Positions 1 through 9,194 of a DNA stretch of 64,000 nucleotides are shown one piece after another. Where the stretch lies: positions 319 to 64,318 of the forward strand of contig JBEBFY010000017.1 of the NCBI GenBank assembly GCA_040081715.1, read 5' to 3'. Numbering within the stretch: position 1 is the first letter of the stretch; each line of letters starts with the position of its first letter. A model generated the notes under the pieces. The model had not been told where the DNA came from. It worked only from the letters and a program-made list of their open reading frames with translations, and made no database searches. Source of the stretch: Vicinamibacterales bacterium (lineage in GTDB: Bacteria; Acidobacteriota; Vicinamibacteria; Vicinamibacterales; UBA2999). A program made the translations under genes and the position numbers.

Positions 1-330
1 GTGGGCGGATGGCTACGCCGCGTAGTCGCCCCCGGGGTGGCGCGCGGGCCGGCCGTGCCTGGGGCACCTCGGCGGGGAGGCCGAGGTGGCGCAAGATGCG
101 CTGGGTCAAAGCCGACTCGTCGAGGAACGTGATCAGTAGAACGCACCCAGCCGCAGTGGGGACAGTCGCCGCGGGGTGAAACGCCAGGTATCCGTCGGCC
201 GCACGGGCGAACATCCCGTCGAGCACAAGCGCGTGGATGTGGACGTTGAGATTGAGCGCGCCCCCGAATCGCTGCACGATTGCGACGGCGTCACCGCGCG
301 GGTCCAGGAGACCGCAGGCAGGCTCAAGAC
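1..330 (-). pseudogene. IS91-family (HUH/Y2 rolling-circle) transposase remnant, internally deleted
   Basis: Manual translation of a minus-strand frame with no start codon (not in the ORF track) gives AVAIVQRFGGALNLNVHIHALVLDGMF (HUH motif region). This is joined within ~20 codons to the typical C-terminal tail LLITFLDESALTQRILRHLGLPAEVPQARPARAPP; CPHCG lies in an adjacent frame. The frame runs off the window edge. Confidence 0.75.
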
Positions 331-407
331 CTCCTGGCGCCGAAGCCCCTCCCCTTACAGGACAATGCGACCAGTCGATCCGTGCCGCAGCCGCCGCACG
401 GGCAAGC

Positions 408-2285
408 TCAGCGTTCCGGTTCGAACGCCAGCAGGACGTTTCCGGGAGCGTTGCCGCCGATGGCGGCGTATCCCGAGTTCAGGAAGAACAGGCCGTTGGC
501 CACCACGGGCCCCGGTCCGTTGATCATGCCACCCCGGCCCTGCACGCCGTTGACGGTCGTGTAGTCGCGCACCGAGTTGTACTCCCACAGCAGCGCGCCG
601 TCCTTGGTGGCGTAGGCGCGCATCATGCCGTCGAGCGAGCCCGAGAAGACGACGCCAGGAATCACCGTGACGGCGGCGGACTGCGCGGGCGCGCACGCGC
701 CCTCCGCCGGGCAGCCGGGCCGAACACTCCACACCTTCTCTCCAGTCGCGAGGGCCAGTGCCGTCAATCCACCGGCCTCGCGGCCGAGGGGCTGGTCCGA
801 GTTGGCAAAGTAGCCGTGCTGGTCGTCGGCCGCCGGGCCGAACTGCACGCCACCGGTGGAGCTTCCGCGCCCCACGCGCTGCTGCCAGAGGATCTCGCCC
901 TTTCTGTCTGGGTCGAAGGCCCACGCGATGCCGGACTTCTGGCCCGCGATGATCACGTCCTTCCCGTTCGGCATCCGCCGCAGGATCGGGTTGGCGCCGA
1001 AGTCGAAGTCGGGGCCCATGTTCTCGGGGCACGTTTCCGACTTCGGATTCTGCTGCGCGCACGCGGTCAGCCAGACGTCGCCCTTGAGCACCTGCCGGAC
1101 CCAGGCGCGCCGCCCCGTCTTCAGCTCGAAGGCGATGATGGCGTCGCTGCTGCCGTCGTCCGGGTGGCTGTAGGCATCACCGGTCGCCACATAGAGCAGC
1201 TTCCGCTTCGGATCGATGGTCACGGCCGACCAGATTGCCGAGCCGGACGGCCCGTAGAGCTGCGTGCCGATGGAAGTCTTCTTTGTCGGGGCGGGCGGCG
1301 TGGGAATCGTGTAGCCCATCCAGAGGCGCTTGCCCGTGACCGCGTCGTACGCCACCACGCTCCCGCGGAACGTGCAGCACGGATAGTTGGGCTGGCCGCC
1401 GGCTGATTCCTCCCCTGACGAGATGGGGACGTAGAGCCGGCCGTCGTAGAGGGCCGGCGCGCCTGTGATCCGCGTCAACGGGTGCGGCTCCGGCCGGTCG
1501 GACCAGAGCTGTTCTCCGGTGCCCGCGTCGAGTGCATAGACATTGCCGGAGGCGTCCGCGAAGTAGACGGCCCGGCGCCTCGACCCGGTCCTCGACCCGC
1601 CGGACTTGAGCGGGCCGACGCTCATCGCCGTGCGCACACCGGACCGTGCCTGGAAGGACCAGTGCACGCATCCCGTCTCGACATCGAGCGCGTAGACGTA
1701 TCCCGAGTCCGAACCCGCATACACACGGCCGTCGACGACCGCGGGCTGACCGTAGGCGGACGCCGTGCGTGGGAAGCCGAAGGCCCACTTCAATTTCAGC
1801 CGCGGCACGTCGGCGGCTGTCATCCCCGGCGACGGCTGGAAGCGCGAGTTGCCGGCGTCAACGCCCCAGCCGTTCCAGTCCGCGCCTACCCTGCGCCTGG
1901 CCGCTGGCGCGGGGCTCGCGCACCGGTTCGGCATGTTGCGGGCGTCGCCGATGGTAGGGTCACCGAACGGGCGGCCGGAGAGGTACACCGCCATCGTGCG
2001 CTTCTGATCGTCGGAGAGGGAGCTGGCCTGCGAGATCATCTTGCCGGTCGTCAGGGCCGCCAGGATGGACTCCGGCGCGAAGCCACGGAGCGCATCGCGG
2101 CCGGGCGCGCGCTCTACGGTTCCCGAATCATGGCAGCCCGAGCAGTGCCGCACGTAGAGCGGGAGCGCCGTTGTGACAGGCAGCGGCGCCTGAAGCGTCT
2201 GCGCACCAGCGTGACCCGCGGCAAGGGCAAGCGTAGCCAGCAGGAACACGGTCGACGGTCTGGTCAGCACTCGGGGAATCGGCAT
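408..2285 (-). CDS. Secreted quinohemoprotein: N-terminal cytochrome c plus PQQ beta-propeller dehydrogenase (polyvinyl-alcohol dehydrogenase-like)
   Basis: Signal peptide, CSGCH heme-c motif, LKLKWAFGFP, repeated YALDAxTGxxxW propeller motifs, CCTFRGSV, DFDFG, C-terminal GNVLLAF. Confidence 0.85.
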   Translation of the reverse strand: MPIPRVLTRPSTVFLLATLALAAGHAGAQTLQAPLPVTTALPLYVRHCSGCHDSGTVERAPGRDALRGFAPESILAALTTGKMISQASSLSDDQKRTMAVYLSGRPFGDPTIGDARNMPNRCASPAPAARRRVGADWNGWGVDAGNSRFQPSPGMTAADVPRLKLKWAFGFPRTASAYGQPAVVDGRVYAGSDSGYVYALDVETGCVHWSFQARSGVRTAMSVGPLKSGGSRTGSRRRAVYFADASGNVYALDAGTGEQLWSDRPEPHPLTRITGAPALYDGRLYVPISSGEESAGGQPNYPCCTFRGSVVAYDAVTGKRLWMGYTIPTPPAPTKKTSIGTQLYGPSGSAIWSAVTIDPKRKLLYVATGDAYSHPDDGSSDAIIAFELKTGRRAWVRQVLKGDVWLTACAQQNPKSETCPENMGPDFDFGANPILRRMPNGKDVIIAGQKSGIAWAFDPDRKGEILWQQRVGRGSSTGGVQFGPAADDQHGYFANSDQPLGREAGGLTALALATGEKVWSVRPGCPAEGACAPAQSAAVTVIPGVVFSGSLDGMMRAYATKDGALLWEYNSVRDYTTVNGVQGRGGMINGPGPVVANGLFFLNSGYAAIGGNAPGNVLLAFEPER

Positions 2286-2395
2286 GGTGCGCGGATTCTA
2301 CGCGAGAGCAGGAAGTGAGCGCTCCCCTGATCGGGTCACTTGCCCACGCCGTCGCCCCGGGGGTAGCATCCGCCACCTTCCCCTTGAGGCACCCT

Positions 2396-3406
2396 ATGCA
2401 CCTGACCTCTGCTGCGGCCACCCGACTGCTCACCCTGATCCTCGCCTGCACCGCGATGTCGCTGACCGCGCAGACACCGGATCCGGTGTCGGTCGAGCGT
2501 CGTGACACGGCCCTGGACGCACTCATCGCCCCCGGTGCAAAGCCGGAGCTGGTCCAGGGCGACTACTTCGGCTTCGTGGAGGGGCCGGTGTGGGTGCAGC
2601 AAGGTGGATACCTGCTCTTCAGCGACGTGGCGGCCAACCGGATCTACAAGTGGACGCCCGCGGGCGCTCTCTCCACGTTCCTCGACAAAAGCGGGTTCAC
2701 CGGGGCCGACAGCTCGACGGCCGGCATGGAGGTGAACAACGGACGCCTCCATGTGATCGTCCTCGGGTCCAACGGCATCACGATCGACGGAGAGGGCCGC
2801 GTGGTCTTCTGCGCGCATGGGGACCGCGCCGTCAAGCGCGTAGAGAAGAACGGCGCAGTGACCGTGCTGGCTGACCGGATCGACGGCAAGCGCTTCTCCG
2901 GCCCGAACGACCTCGTGTACCGAGCCGACGGCACGCTCTACTTCACGGATTTCGTCGGCGGGTTGCGAGGTGGCGCCGCGAGTCCCCTCAGGGAGATTCC
3001 CTACGGTGGGCTCTACATGCTCAAGGGCGGCACGCCGAACGGCCTCGCCTTCTCGCCCGACGAGCGCACGCTCTACCTGGGCGCCGGCGCCAACATCGTC
3101 AAGTACGACGTGCAGACGGACGGTTCGCTCAGCAACCGTCGGGTGCATATCGACATGAGCCTCGAGAAGATGCCCGGTGCCGCCGATGGGATGAAAGTCG
3201 ACACACAGGGCAACGTCTACACGACTGGCCCGGGCGGTGTTTGGGTGGTCTCGCCTGCCGGCAAGCACCTCGGCACGATCCGGGTGCCGGGCGTCGCTAA
3301 TCTCGCCTTCGGCGGTGCCGACGGCCGCACCATTTACTTCATGGCCCGCCGCGACATCTATCGGCTGCCGGTGAAGATCGCCGGCCGGGCGCCAGGGAGC
3401 AGGTAA
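2396..3406 (+). CDS. SMP-30/gluconolactonase/LRE family protein, secreted
   Basis: EGPVW, GSNG, GPNDL, PNGLAFSPD and ADGMKVD metal-ligand motifs of the six-bladed lactonase family. Start placed at ATG 2396 ahead of a signal peptide; the ORF track starts at 2315. Confidence 0.88.
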   Translation: MHLTSAAATRLLTLILACTAMSLTAQTPDPVSVERRDTALDALIAPGAKPELVQGDYFGFVEGPVWVQQGGYLLFSDVAANRIYKWTPAGALSTFLDKSGFTGADSSTAGMEVNNGRLHVIVLGSNGITIDGEGRVVFCAHGDRAVKRVEKNGAVTVLADRIDGKRFSGPNDLVYRADGTLYFTDFVGGLRGGAASPLREIPYGGLYMLKGGTPNGLAFSPDERTLYLGAGANIVKYDVQTDGSLSNRRVHIDMSLEKMPGAADGMKVDTQGNVYTTGPGGVWVVSPAGKHLGTIRVPGVANLAFGGADGRTIYFMARRDIYRLPVKIAGRAPGSR

Positions 3407-3408
3407 CG

Positions 3409-4860
3409 ATGGGTACGCAGACAGCACGAAGAACACTGCAAAGGACACTGATCTGCGCGCTGACGCTGACGGGCCTCGGGGCACCACTCGCCGGCGCGCC
3501 CGCTATCAGCAACCCGGCGGTGAGCCGCCCCGTCACGACCGAAGGCTCGGGCCGTCCGTTCGGCGCGTTGCTGGCCAAGGACCTTCCGCCGGGATACGTG
3601 GAAGAGGAGCGGTTCTTCTCGGGCACGGCCACCTCCTACGCCCGCGCCGGTGAATGGACCACCGATGGCAGATGGGGCGTGACACCGGCGACGTCTGCCG
3701 CCTACACCGTGCGCATGCTGGTGAGGCGGCCCCACGAGGCGAGCCGCTTCAACGGCATCGTCGTGATGGAGTGGCTGAACGTGTCGGGTCAGCGTGAAGG
3801 CGCAGCCGACTACCCGATGATGGAAGACGAGCTCGTCCGGGGCGGTTATGCCTGGATCGGCGTGGGAGCGCAGGTCGGCGGCGTCAACGGCCCAGTCGGC
3901 CTCAAGGCCACCGACACGGTGCGCTACGCCTCTCTCGTGCATCCGGGCGACCCGTTCTCGTTCGACATCTTCGCGCAAGCTGCGCAGGCGATCAGGCATC
4001 CGAAGGGCGTCAACCCGCTCGAGGGTCTGCGCGTGCGGACGATGATCGCGGCCGGCCGTTCGCAGTCGGCGTTCCGGCTGGTCACCTTCATCAACGCCCT
4101 CCATCCCCGCGCACGGGTCTTTGACGCCTACTTTCTCCACAGCAGGGGTGGCAACGCGTCGGGCCTGAGCGCCGACTCACTGGCCAAGATCAACGAGCAG
4201 ACGCCAACCGGCGCGCAGATCAGGACCGACATCGACGTGCCGGTCTTCGACCTCCAGACCGAGGGCGACATGGTGGCCTTGCGCTCCCACGTGACCCGCC
4301 AGCCAGCCAGCGCGCGCTATCGGCGATGGGAGATCGCCGGTGGCGCGCACGCCGAAACGCCGCGCTGGATCGTGGAGACGCCACCGGCGCTCGACCGCGG
4401 TCCGAACTGCAAGGAGGCCGTCAACGCCGTGCCCCATCACGCCTTCGTCAAGGCAGGGCTCGTGGCACTCACCCGCTGGGTGCGGGACGGGGTTGCCCCG
4501 CGCCAGTCTCCGGAGATTGAGCTGACCGACGTGGCGGCGGAAGACCCGATCGCACGAGACCGGCACGGTAACGCGAAAGGCGGCATCCGGACGCCGGAGA
4601 TTGAGGTACCCACTGCGCGGCTGGACGGCCGGATCAACGAGGCGGTCAACACCACGCCGGGCATGCCGAATTCCTGCTTTCTGTATGGGCACACCGTGCC
4701 CTTTGACGCAGCCGCGCTCAAGGCGCTGTACCCCTCGCGAGAGGCGTTCGCAGATCCGTTTACACGAGCGGTCAGGTCGCTGGAAGCCGACGGCTACTGG
4801 TTGAAGCCGGATGCCGAGGCCGCCCTGCGCGCCCTGGGTGCGTCGCGCATCGGCCACTGA
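3409..4860 (+). CDS. Secreted alpha/beta-hydrolase-domain protein
   Basis: Signal peptide; RFNGIVVMEWLN, GYAWIGVGAQ, nucleophile-like GRSQSA, WEIAGGAH and RDRHGNAKGGIRTP motifs. Confidence 0.75.
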   Translation: MGTQTARRTLQRTLICALTLTGLGAPLAGAPAISNPAVSRPVTTEGSGRPFGALLAKDLPPGYVEEERFFSGTATSYARAGEWTTDGRWGVTPATSAAYTVRMLVRRPHEASRFNGIVVMEWLNVSGQREGAADYPMMEDELVRGGYAWIGVGAQVGGVNGPVGLKATDTVRYASLVHPGDPFSFDIFAQAAQAIRHPKGVNPLEGLRVRTMIAAGRSQSAFRLVTFINALHPRARVFDAYFLHSRGGNASGLSADSLAKINEQTPTGAQIRTDIDVPVFDLQTEGDMVALRSHVTRQPASARYRRWEIAGGAHAETPRWIVETPPALDRGPNCKEAVNAVPHHAFVKAGLVALTRWVRDGVAPRQSPEIELTDVAAEDPIARDRHGNAKGGIRTPEIEVPTARLDGRINEAVNTTPGMPNSCFLYGHTVPFDAAALKALYPSREAFADPFTRAVRSLEADGYWLKPDAEAALRALGASRIGH

Positions 4861-4875
4861 GCGCTGGCTACACGT

Positions 4876-5691
4876 TCACGCGGAGTGGTGCTTCGCGCGA
4901 ATCACGCCGGCCAGCCGGCCGGTGCTGTCGCGTTCCCGCCTGAACGAAAAGCACAGCGCTGGAGTGCAGGCCGTGCAGACGGCCGAGTGATGGATGTGCT
5001 CCGGCGCAAGGCCAGCCGTCACGAGCTGGTCCTCGGTTGACATCCAGAGATCGAGCATCAGGCGCTCCGCTCCCGAGAACCAGCGCTCGATGTCCTGCCG
5101 GGCGTGGCCTGCGGCCGAGAACTCGCCAACCAGTTCCTCTCCTACGCGGTAGCAGCAGGGCCCGATGCTGGGTCCGATGGCGGCGACGAGATCCGACGGC
5201 CGGGTCCCAAACGCGCGCGTCATCACGCGGACGGCGGCAACAGCCGCCCCGGACGCTGTGCCCCTCCACCCTGCGTGCACGGCACCCACCGCGCCCGTTC
5301 GCCGGTCCGCCAGCAGCAGCGGCACACAGTCCGCGCCGCGGACGGCCAGGGCATAGCCAGCATCGTCCGAGATAAACGCGTCAGCCTGGGGAGCACCGCC
5401 CTCGGGCGAGTCGTCCACCGGCGGATGTTCGCCACCTCGACGGACAGTCACCACGTCCCTGCCATGCACCTGCCGCAGACGGAGCAGGCGACGCTCGGCC
5501 ACACCCATCGACTGTGCCAGCGCCTCCCACCCCTCATTGTGCGCATGGCCCGCATCGGGACCGACGCGCAGCGTCAGCACCCGCGTCGTGAAGAGGTGCT
5601 GCGCCACCTCAGCCAGAGGACCGCAGACGAGCGCGGTGCCCCAGGGCTCGGTCGTCCAGTGGAACGCAGGTGGGAGAGACGGGAGCGGCAT
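4876..5691 (-). CDS. pgeF: YfiH/PgeF-family (laccase-domain) purine nucleoside phosphorylase / peptidoglycan editing factor
   Basis: FTTR, QVHG, ADCVPLLL, VHAGWRG, IGPSIGPCCY, CTAC, SFRR motifs. Confidence 0.9.
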   Translation of the reverse strand: MPLPSLPPAFHWTTEPWGTALVCGPLAEVAQHLFTTRVLTLRVGPDAGHAHNEGWEALAQSMGVAERRLLRLRQVHGRDVVTVRRGGEHPPVDDSPEGGAPQADAFISDDAGYALAVRGADCVPLLLADRRTGAVGAVHAGWRGTASGAAVAAVRVMTRAFGTRPSDLVAAIGPSIGPCCYRVGEELVGEFSAAGHARQDIERWFSGAERLMLDLWMSTEDQLVTAGLAPEHIHHSAVCTACTPALCFSFRRERDSTGRLAGVIRAKHHSA

Positions 5692-5715
5692 CAGCGGGAT
5701 AATGATCGCTCAGGC

Positions 5716-6105
5716 ATGGACATCATCGGAACCGGACTCGATGCCGCTGAGATCGACCGCGTGGCCAGCATGATCGAGCGCTACGGCGACCGCTTCGTCC
5801 AGCGCATCTTCACCGAGGGTGAGATCGCCTATTGCCGGAGGAAGCGCGACAGCGCAGCGTCGTTTGCTGCTCGCTTCGCCGCCAAGGAGGCGGCGATGAA
5901 GGCGCTCGGCACAGGGCATTCGAACGGCGTGCTCTGGAAGGGCGTGGAGGTGGTGCGCGGCGCGGGCGGCCCGCCCCATCTGCGGTTTCACGATGGTGCC
6001 AAGGTGCGGATGCAGCTGATGGGGGCCACGCGGTCGCTGCTCACGCTCACCCATTCGGGGCCACTCAACCTGGCACTCGCCCACGTCCTGCTGATCAAGG
6101 ACTAA
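5716..6105 (+). CDS. acpS: Holo-ACP synthase (4'-phosphopantetheinyl transferase)
   Basis: C-terminal part of ORF 5104..6105: MDIIGTGLD...RIFTEGE...AARFAAKEAAMKALGTG...LTLTH. True start is ATG 5716. Confidence 0.92.
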   Translation: MDIIGTGLDAAEIDRVASMIERYGDRFVQRIFTEGEIAYCRRKRDSAASFAARFAAKEAAMKALGTGHSNGVLWKGVEVVRGAGGPPHLRFHDGAKVRMQLMGATRSLLTLTHSGPLNLALAHVLLIKD

Positions 6106-6106
6106 G

Positions 6107-8017
6107 TCAGCGCGCGGCGGGGCGCGGAGCGGCAGGACGCGCTGCGGCCGGCCGAGGGGCCTGTGGCGGTGGGTCGGGCTCGAACGCCAGCAGCACATTG
6201 CCGCCGATGGCGAAGAACGAATAGCCCGAGTTCACAAACACCATCCCGCCAGCGATGGCGGGGCCGGCACCATTCAGGGATCCACCCTTCGCCTCGATGT
6301 TGTTGACGGTGGTGAAGGGCTGTGCGGTGTCCGTCTCCCACAGCACGCGGCCATCCTTGGTGGAATAGGCGCGGAGCATGCCGTCCAGGCCTCCAGCGAG
6401 GATCGCATCCGGCGTGGACGAGATCGCGGCGGACTTCGCCGGGTGGCAATCTGCGCCGGACTGGCTGCACTTCGCGGGGCTCTTCTGAGCCCACACTTTC
6501 TCGCCGGTGTCGAGCCGTAGCGCCACAAGCAGACCTGCCTCTTCCGTCGGGGGCTTGCCGTTGTTGATCATCGGGTAGTCCGAGATCGGCACATACACGA
6601 ACGCGTTGTCCGCTGTCATGCCCCACTCGATGCCGCCCCAGAGCGCGCCCTTCGAGAGGTTCACCTTCCACACCTGGGCGCCCTTGTTGCCGGGGTCGAG
6701 TGCGTAGACGTCGCCCGACTTCTGCCCGACGACCACGACGCTCTTTCCGCTGGCCAGCGTCCTCAGAATGATGGAGGCGCCGATGTCGAAGTCCGGCCCA
6801 CCACCCACCGCATCACCCTCGGTGAGCTGGCGCTTCCAAAGCAGGCTCCCGTCCTTGATGGACAACGCCAGCACCGCATCCGTGGTGTCCGCGGCCGGCC
6901 TCGTGAAGCCGTTCCCCGTACCGACGTAGACGGCGCCGCGGGCCAGGTCCACGGTGGGCGCGGCCCAGATGGAGGCGCCGGCCGGTGCGTAGGTGTCCAC
7001 GCCGTTCGGCCTGGTCCCGGTCTTCTTCGGCTCCTGCGCGATGGCGTACGCCTTCCAGTGGATCGTGCCGGTGTGCGCATCGAGCGACACCACGCTCCCC
7101 CTGAACGAGCAGCACTCGTAGTTGGGGTTGCCGGCCTGCGCCTCTTCGCCTACGCCCGAGACCGGCACATAGAGCCGGCCGTCGGCCAGCGTCGGCGTGC
7201 CGGTGATGCGGCTCATCGTGTGGTTGTCCGCCTTCTGCCGCCACACGAGCGTGCCTGTGCGTGCGTCCACGGCGTAGACATTGGCGCGGATGTCGCCGAA
7301 GTAAATGAGCGCGCCGCCCGACGTGAACGCGGAGGCGCCGATGACAATGCCGGTGCGGACGGAGGCATCAGCCGCGAACGCCCAGTGGTAACAGCCGCTC
7401 TTCGCGTCGATCGCGTAGACGAGACCGGTTTCGCTCCCAACATACACGCGCCCCGCCGCCACGGTCGGCTGCGAGTAGGCGTGCGTGGCGCTCGGGTACC
7501 CGAACGCCCACTTCAGCTTCAGCTTCGGAATCGATGCCGCAGGCAGGCCCGCCTGGGCCGCGGTCTGGAACCGGCCGTTGCCGGCGTCCATCCCCCACCC
7601 GTTGGAGATCGGTGCCTTCACCAGATCCACGGCCGGCGGAGCCACGTCGCAGCGTCCTTCTGGCGGCGCCAGCGTATCGACGGCGGCCAGCTTCTTGCCG
7701 GTGATGAATTCAGCCACGCGCCGACGATCATCGGTGTTCCAGCCCTTGGTGTGGGGCGCCATCAGGCCCGCGCCGTCGATGAGGCGATAGACCGCCTCCG
7801 GCGACTGCCGCATCCGAATCTCCGCGAGCTTCGGTGCCGGACGCGCACCGGCGTTGGCATCGGGAGCCGGATTGTCCCCGTCATCGTGGCACTGGGAGCA
7901 GCGATCAATGAAGAGCCGCTGCGCGCTTGCGCCAAGGGTCGTTTGCGCATGGACCGGTGCGGCAACCACCAGCGCGAGCACCACACCAACCGCAAGCCTG
8001 CCACGTGCCTGTTTCAC
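6107..8017 (-). CDS. Second secreted cytochrome c plus PQQ dehydrogenase (PVA-dehydrogenase-like), paralog of 408..2285
   Basis: Signal peptide, CSQCH, LKLKWAFGYP, CCSFRGSV, PDFDIG, GQKSG, GNVLLAF; Pro/Ala-rich tail. Confidence 0.85.
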   Translation of the reverse strand: MKQARGRLAVGVVLALVVAAPVHAQTTLGASAQRLFIDRCSQCHDDGDNPAPDANAGARPAPKLAEIRMRQSPEAVYRLIDGAGLMAPHTKGWNTDDRRRVAEFITGKKLAAVDTLAPPEGRCDVAPPAVDLVKAPISNGWGMDAGNGRFQTAAQAGLPAASIPKLKLKWAFGYPSATHAYSQPTVAAGRVYVGSETGLVYAIDAKSGCYHWAFAADASVRTGIVIGASAFTSGGALIYFGDIRANVYAVDARTGTLVWRQKADNHTMSRITGTPTLADGRLYVPVSGVGEEAQAGNPNYECCSFRGSVVSLDAHTGTIHWKAYAIAQEPKKTGTRPNGVDTYAPAGASIWAAPTVDLARGAVYVGTGNGFTRPAADTTDAVLALSIKDGSLLWKRQLTEGDAVGGGPDFDIGASIILRTLASGKSVVVVGQKSGDVYALDPGNKGAQVWKVNLSKGALWGGIEWGMTADNAFVYVPISDYPMINNGKPPTEEAGLLVALRLDTGEKVWAQKSPAKCSQSGADCHPAKSAAISSTPDAILAGGLDGMLRAYSTKDGRVLWETDTAQPFTTVNNIEAKGGSLNGAGPAIAGGMVFVNSGYSFFAIGGNVLLAFEPDPPPQAPRPAAARPAAPRPAAR

Positions 8018-8212
8018 TGTCGCCTCCGGGACGGGCCAGTGTAGCAGCCGGGTAACCGGGGTTCACACGCCGAGTCGTGCAGGTCGCGGGCCAGTTGCCT
8101 GCCCTGGAGCAAATGCTGCCGGCTGAGGCAGTTCGGGAGACATCTCATCGAGGCCGGGCCTGGCCAGCGGTGTGCTTCCTCCGTGGGTGCATTCACTACA
8201 CAAGGAGGCACT

Positions 8213-8518
8213 GTGACTGTCACCATCACACCCAACGACAAGGGAAACCCGCCCGGCAAACTGGCGGACGCCGAACTGCACTTCACCGAGGGACCGCTCT
8301 CCGGCCTCAAGCTCGTCGGTTTCGGCGTGTGGGAGCGCCGGGGCGCAGGCGGCGGCCGGAACGTGACATTTCCGGCCCGGCAATACTCCGTCAACGGGGA
8401 ACGCCGGAGCTTTGCCCTGCTGCGCCCGATCTCGGACGAGCACTCGAACGAGGAGATCCGCGAACTGGTCCTCAGGGCCTACGCGGAGCACGAAGCCCAG
8501 TTCGTTGCCGCCGGGTAG
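8213..8518 (+). CDS. Small SpoVG-like putative nucleic-acid-binding protein
   Basis: AGGAGG Shine-Dalgarno 5' of GTG 8213. The pattern KLADAELHF..GLKLVGFGVWE..NVTFPARQY..LRPI..EEIRELVLRAY mirrors the SpoVG layout (LKAxASV..IxGxKV..FVAMPSR..HPI..IxxAVLxAY). Confidence 0.6.
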   Translation: MTVTITPNDKGNPPGKLADAELHFTEGPLSGLKLVGFGVWERRGAGGGRNVTFPARQYSVNGERRSFALLRPISDEHSNEEIRELVLRAYAEHEAQFVAAG

Positions 8519-8628
8519 ACCCAACTCCCGTGTTGGTGCTGAATCTTCGACCGCGGGTGCCCGGCCGCCGGTGGGTAGGTACTCGCGGTTGCCCTGAGGC
8601 TTTGCGTCCGTCAGCCGTCGCGGCGTCC

Positions 8629-8657
8629 TTGACAGGCCGCGGGCCATTCTCTAGCGT
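8629..8657 (+). promoter_or_regulatory. sigma70-type promoter of the toxin-antitoxin operon, likely leaderless
   Basis: TTGACA (8629-8634), 17-nt spacer, TAGCGT (8652-8657); ATG follows 6 nt later with no SD. Confidence 0.65.
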
Positions 8658-8663
8658 GAGCAC

Positions 8664-8888
8664 ATGGAATTTCACCTGACAGCAGTCCAGGAAGCTGCCC
8701 TGCGCGAAGTGGCCGCCCAGAATGGCGCCAAGGTCGAAGATCTCGTACGGGACGCTGTGGACCAGATGCTCTCGCACGATGCCTGGTTCAAGAATCAAGT
8801 CCAGGTCGGGCTTGACCAGATCGAACGAGGAGACGTCGTGACTCACGAAGACGTCGGTGCACGAATCGACCGCCTCTTCGGTGCATGA
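8664..8888 (+). CDS. Type II antitoxin (CopG/RHH-like)
   Basis: 74 aa; acidic C-terminus WFKNQVQVGLDQIERGDVVTHEDV is typical of ParE/RelE-linked antitoxins; ATGA overlap with the toxin gene. Confidence 0.8.
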   Translation: MEFHLTAVQEAALREVAAQNGAKVEDLVRDAVDQMLSHDAWFKNQVQVGLDQIERGDVVTHEDVGARIDRLFGA

Positions 8889-9169
8889 CCTCAATCCGGT
8901 GGACACGGGCGGCGGCGGGTGATCTCGAGCATATTGCCCTGTATCTACAGGAACACCGTCCCGCCCTCGCTCAACCCACCACAATCAGGCTGTATCAAGC
9001 CGCAGCGTCCCTTGCGGACTTCCCCAATCGAGGCAGGGTCGGGCGACTCGCAGGAACGCGAGAGCTGACTGCACCGCCGCTTCCGTTTGTGATCGTCTAC
9101 ACGGTTGCCGCCGGCGTCGTCTCAATCGCCAGGGTGCTCCATGGGGCGCAGAGCTGGCCGCCGCAGTAG
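8885..9169 (+). CDS. RelE/ParE-family toxin
   Basis: IRWTRAAAGDLEHI..SLADFPNRGRVG..GTREL..PFVIVY..IARVLHGAQ. Confidence 0.88.
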   Translation: MTSIRWTRAAAGDLEHIALYLQEHRPALAQPTTIRLYQAAASLADFPNRGRVGRLAGTRELTAPPLPFVIVYTVAAGVVSIARVLHGAQSWPPQ

Positions 9170-9194
9170 GACGGGACCCAGCGGAATCCCGGGC

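Noticed and set aside
237-1406. Long antisense or alternate-frame ORFs (e.g. 237..1406, 10321..11937, 13338..14699, 16818..18359, 25628..27223, 46581..48617, 50201..51712, 52352..53968)
   Set aside because: Shadow ORFs expected in high-GC DNA; they overlap well-supported genes and carry no recognisable motifs.
5104-5715. N-terminal extensions on acpS (and likewise on the MFS, E1, GSDH and DegT ORFs)
   Set aside because: They overlap neighbouring genuine genes; family motifs begin at downstream start codons.
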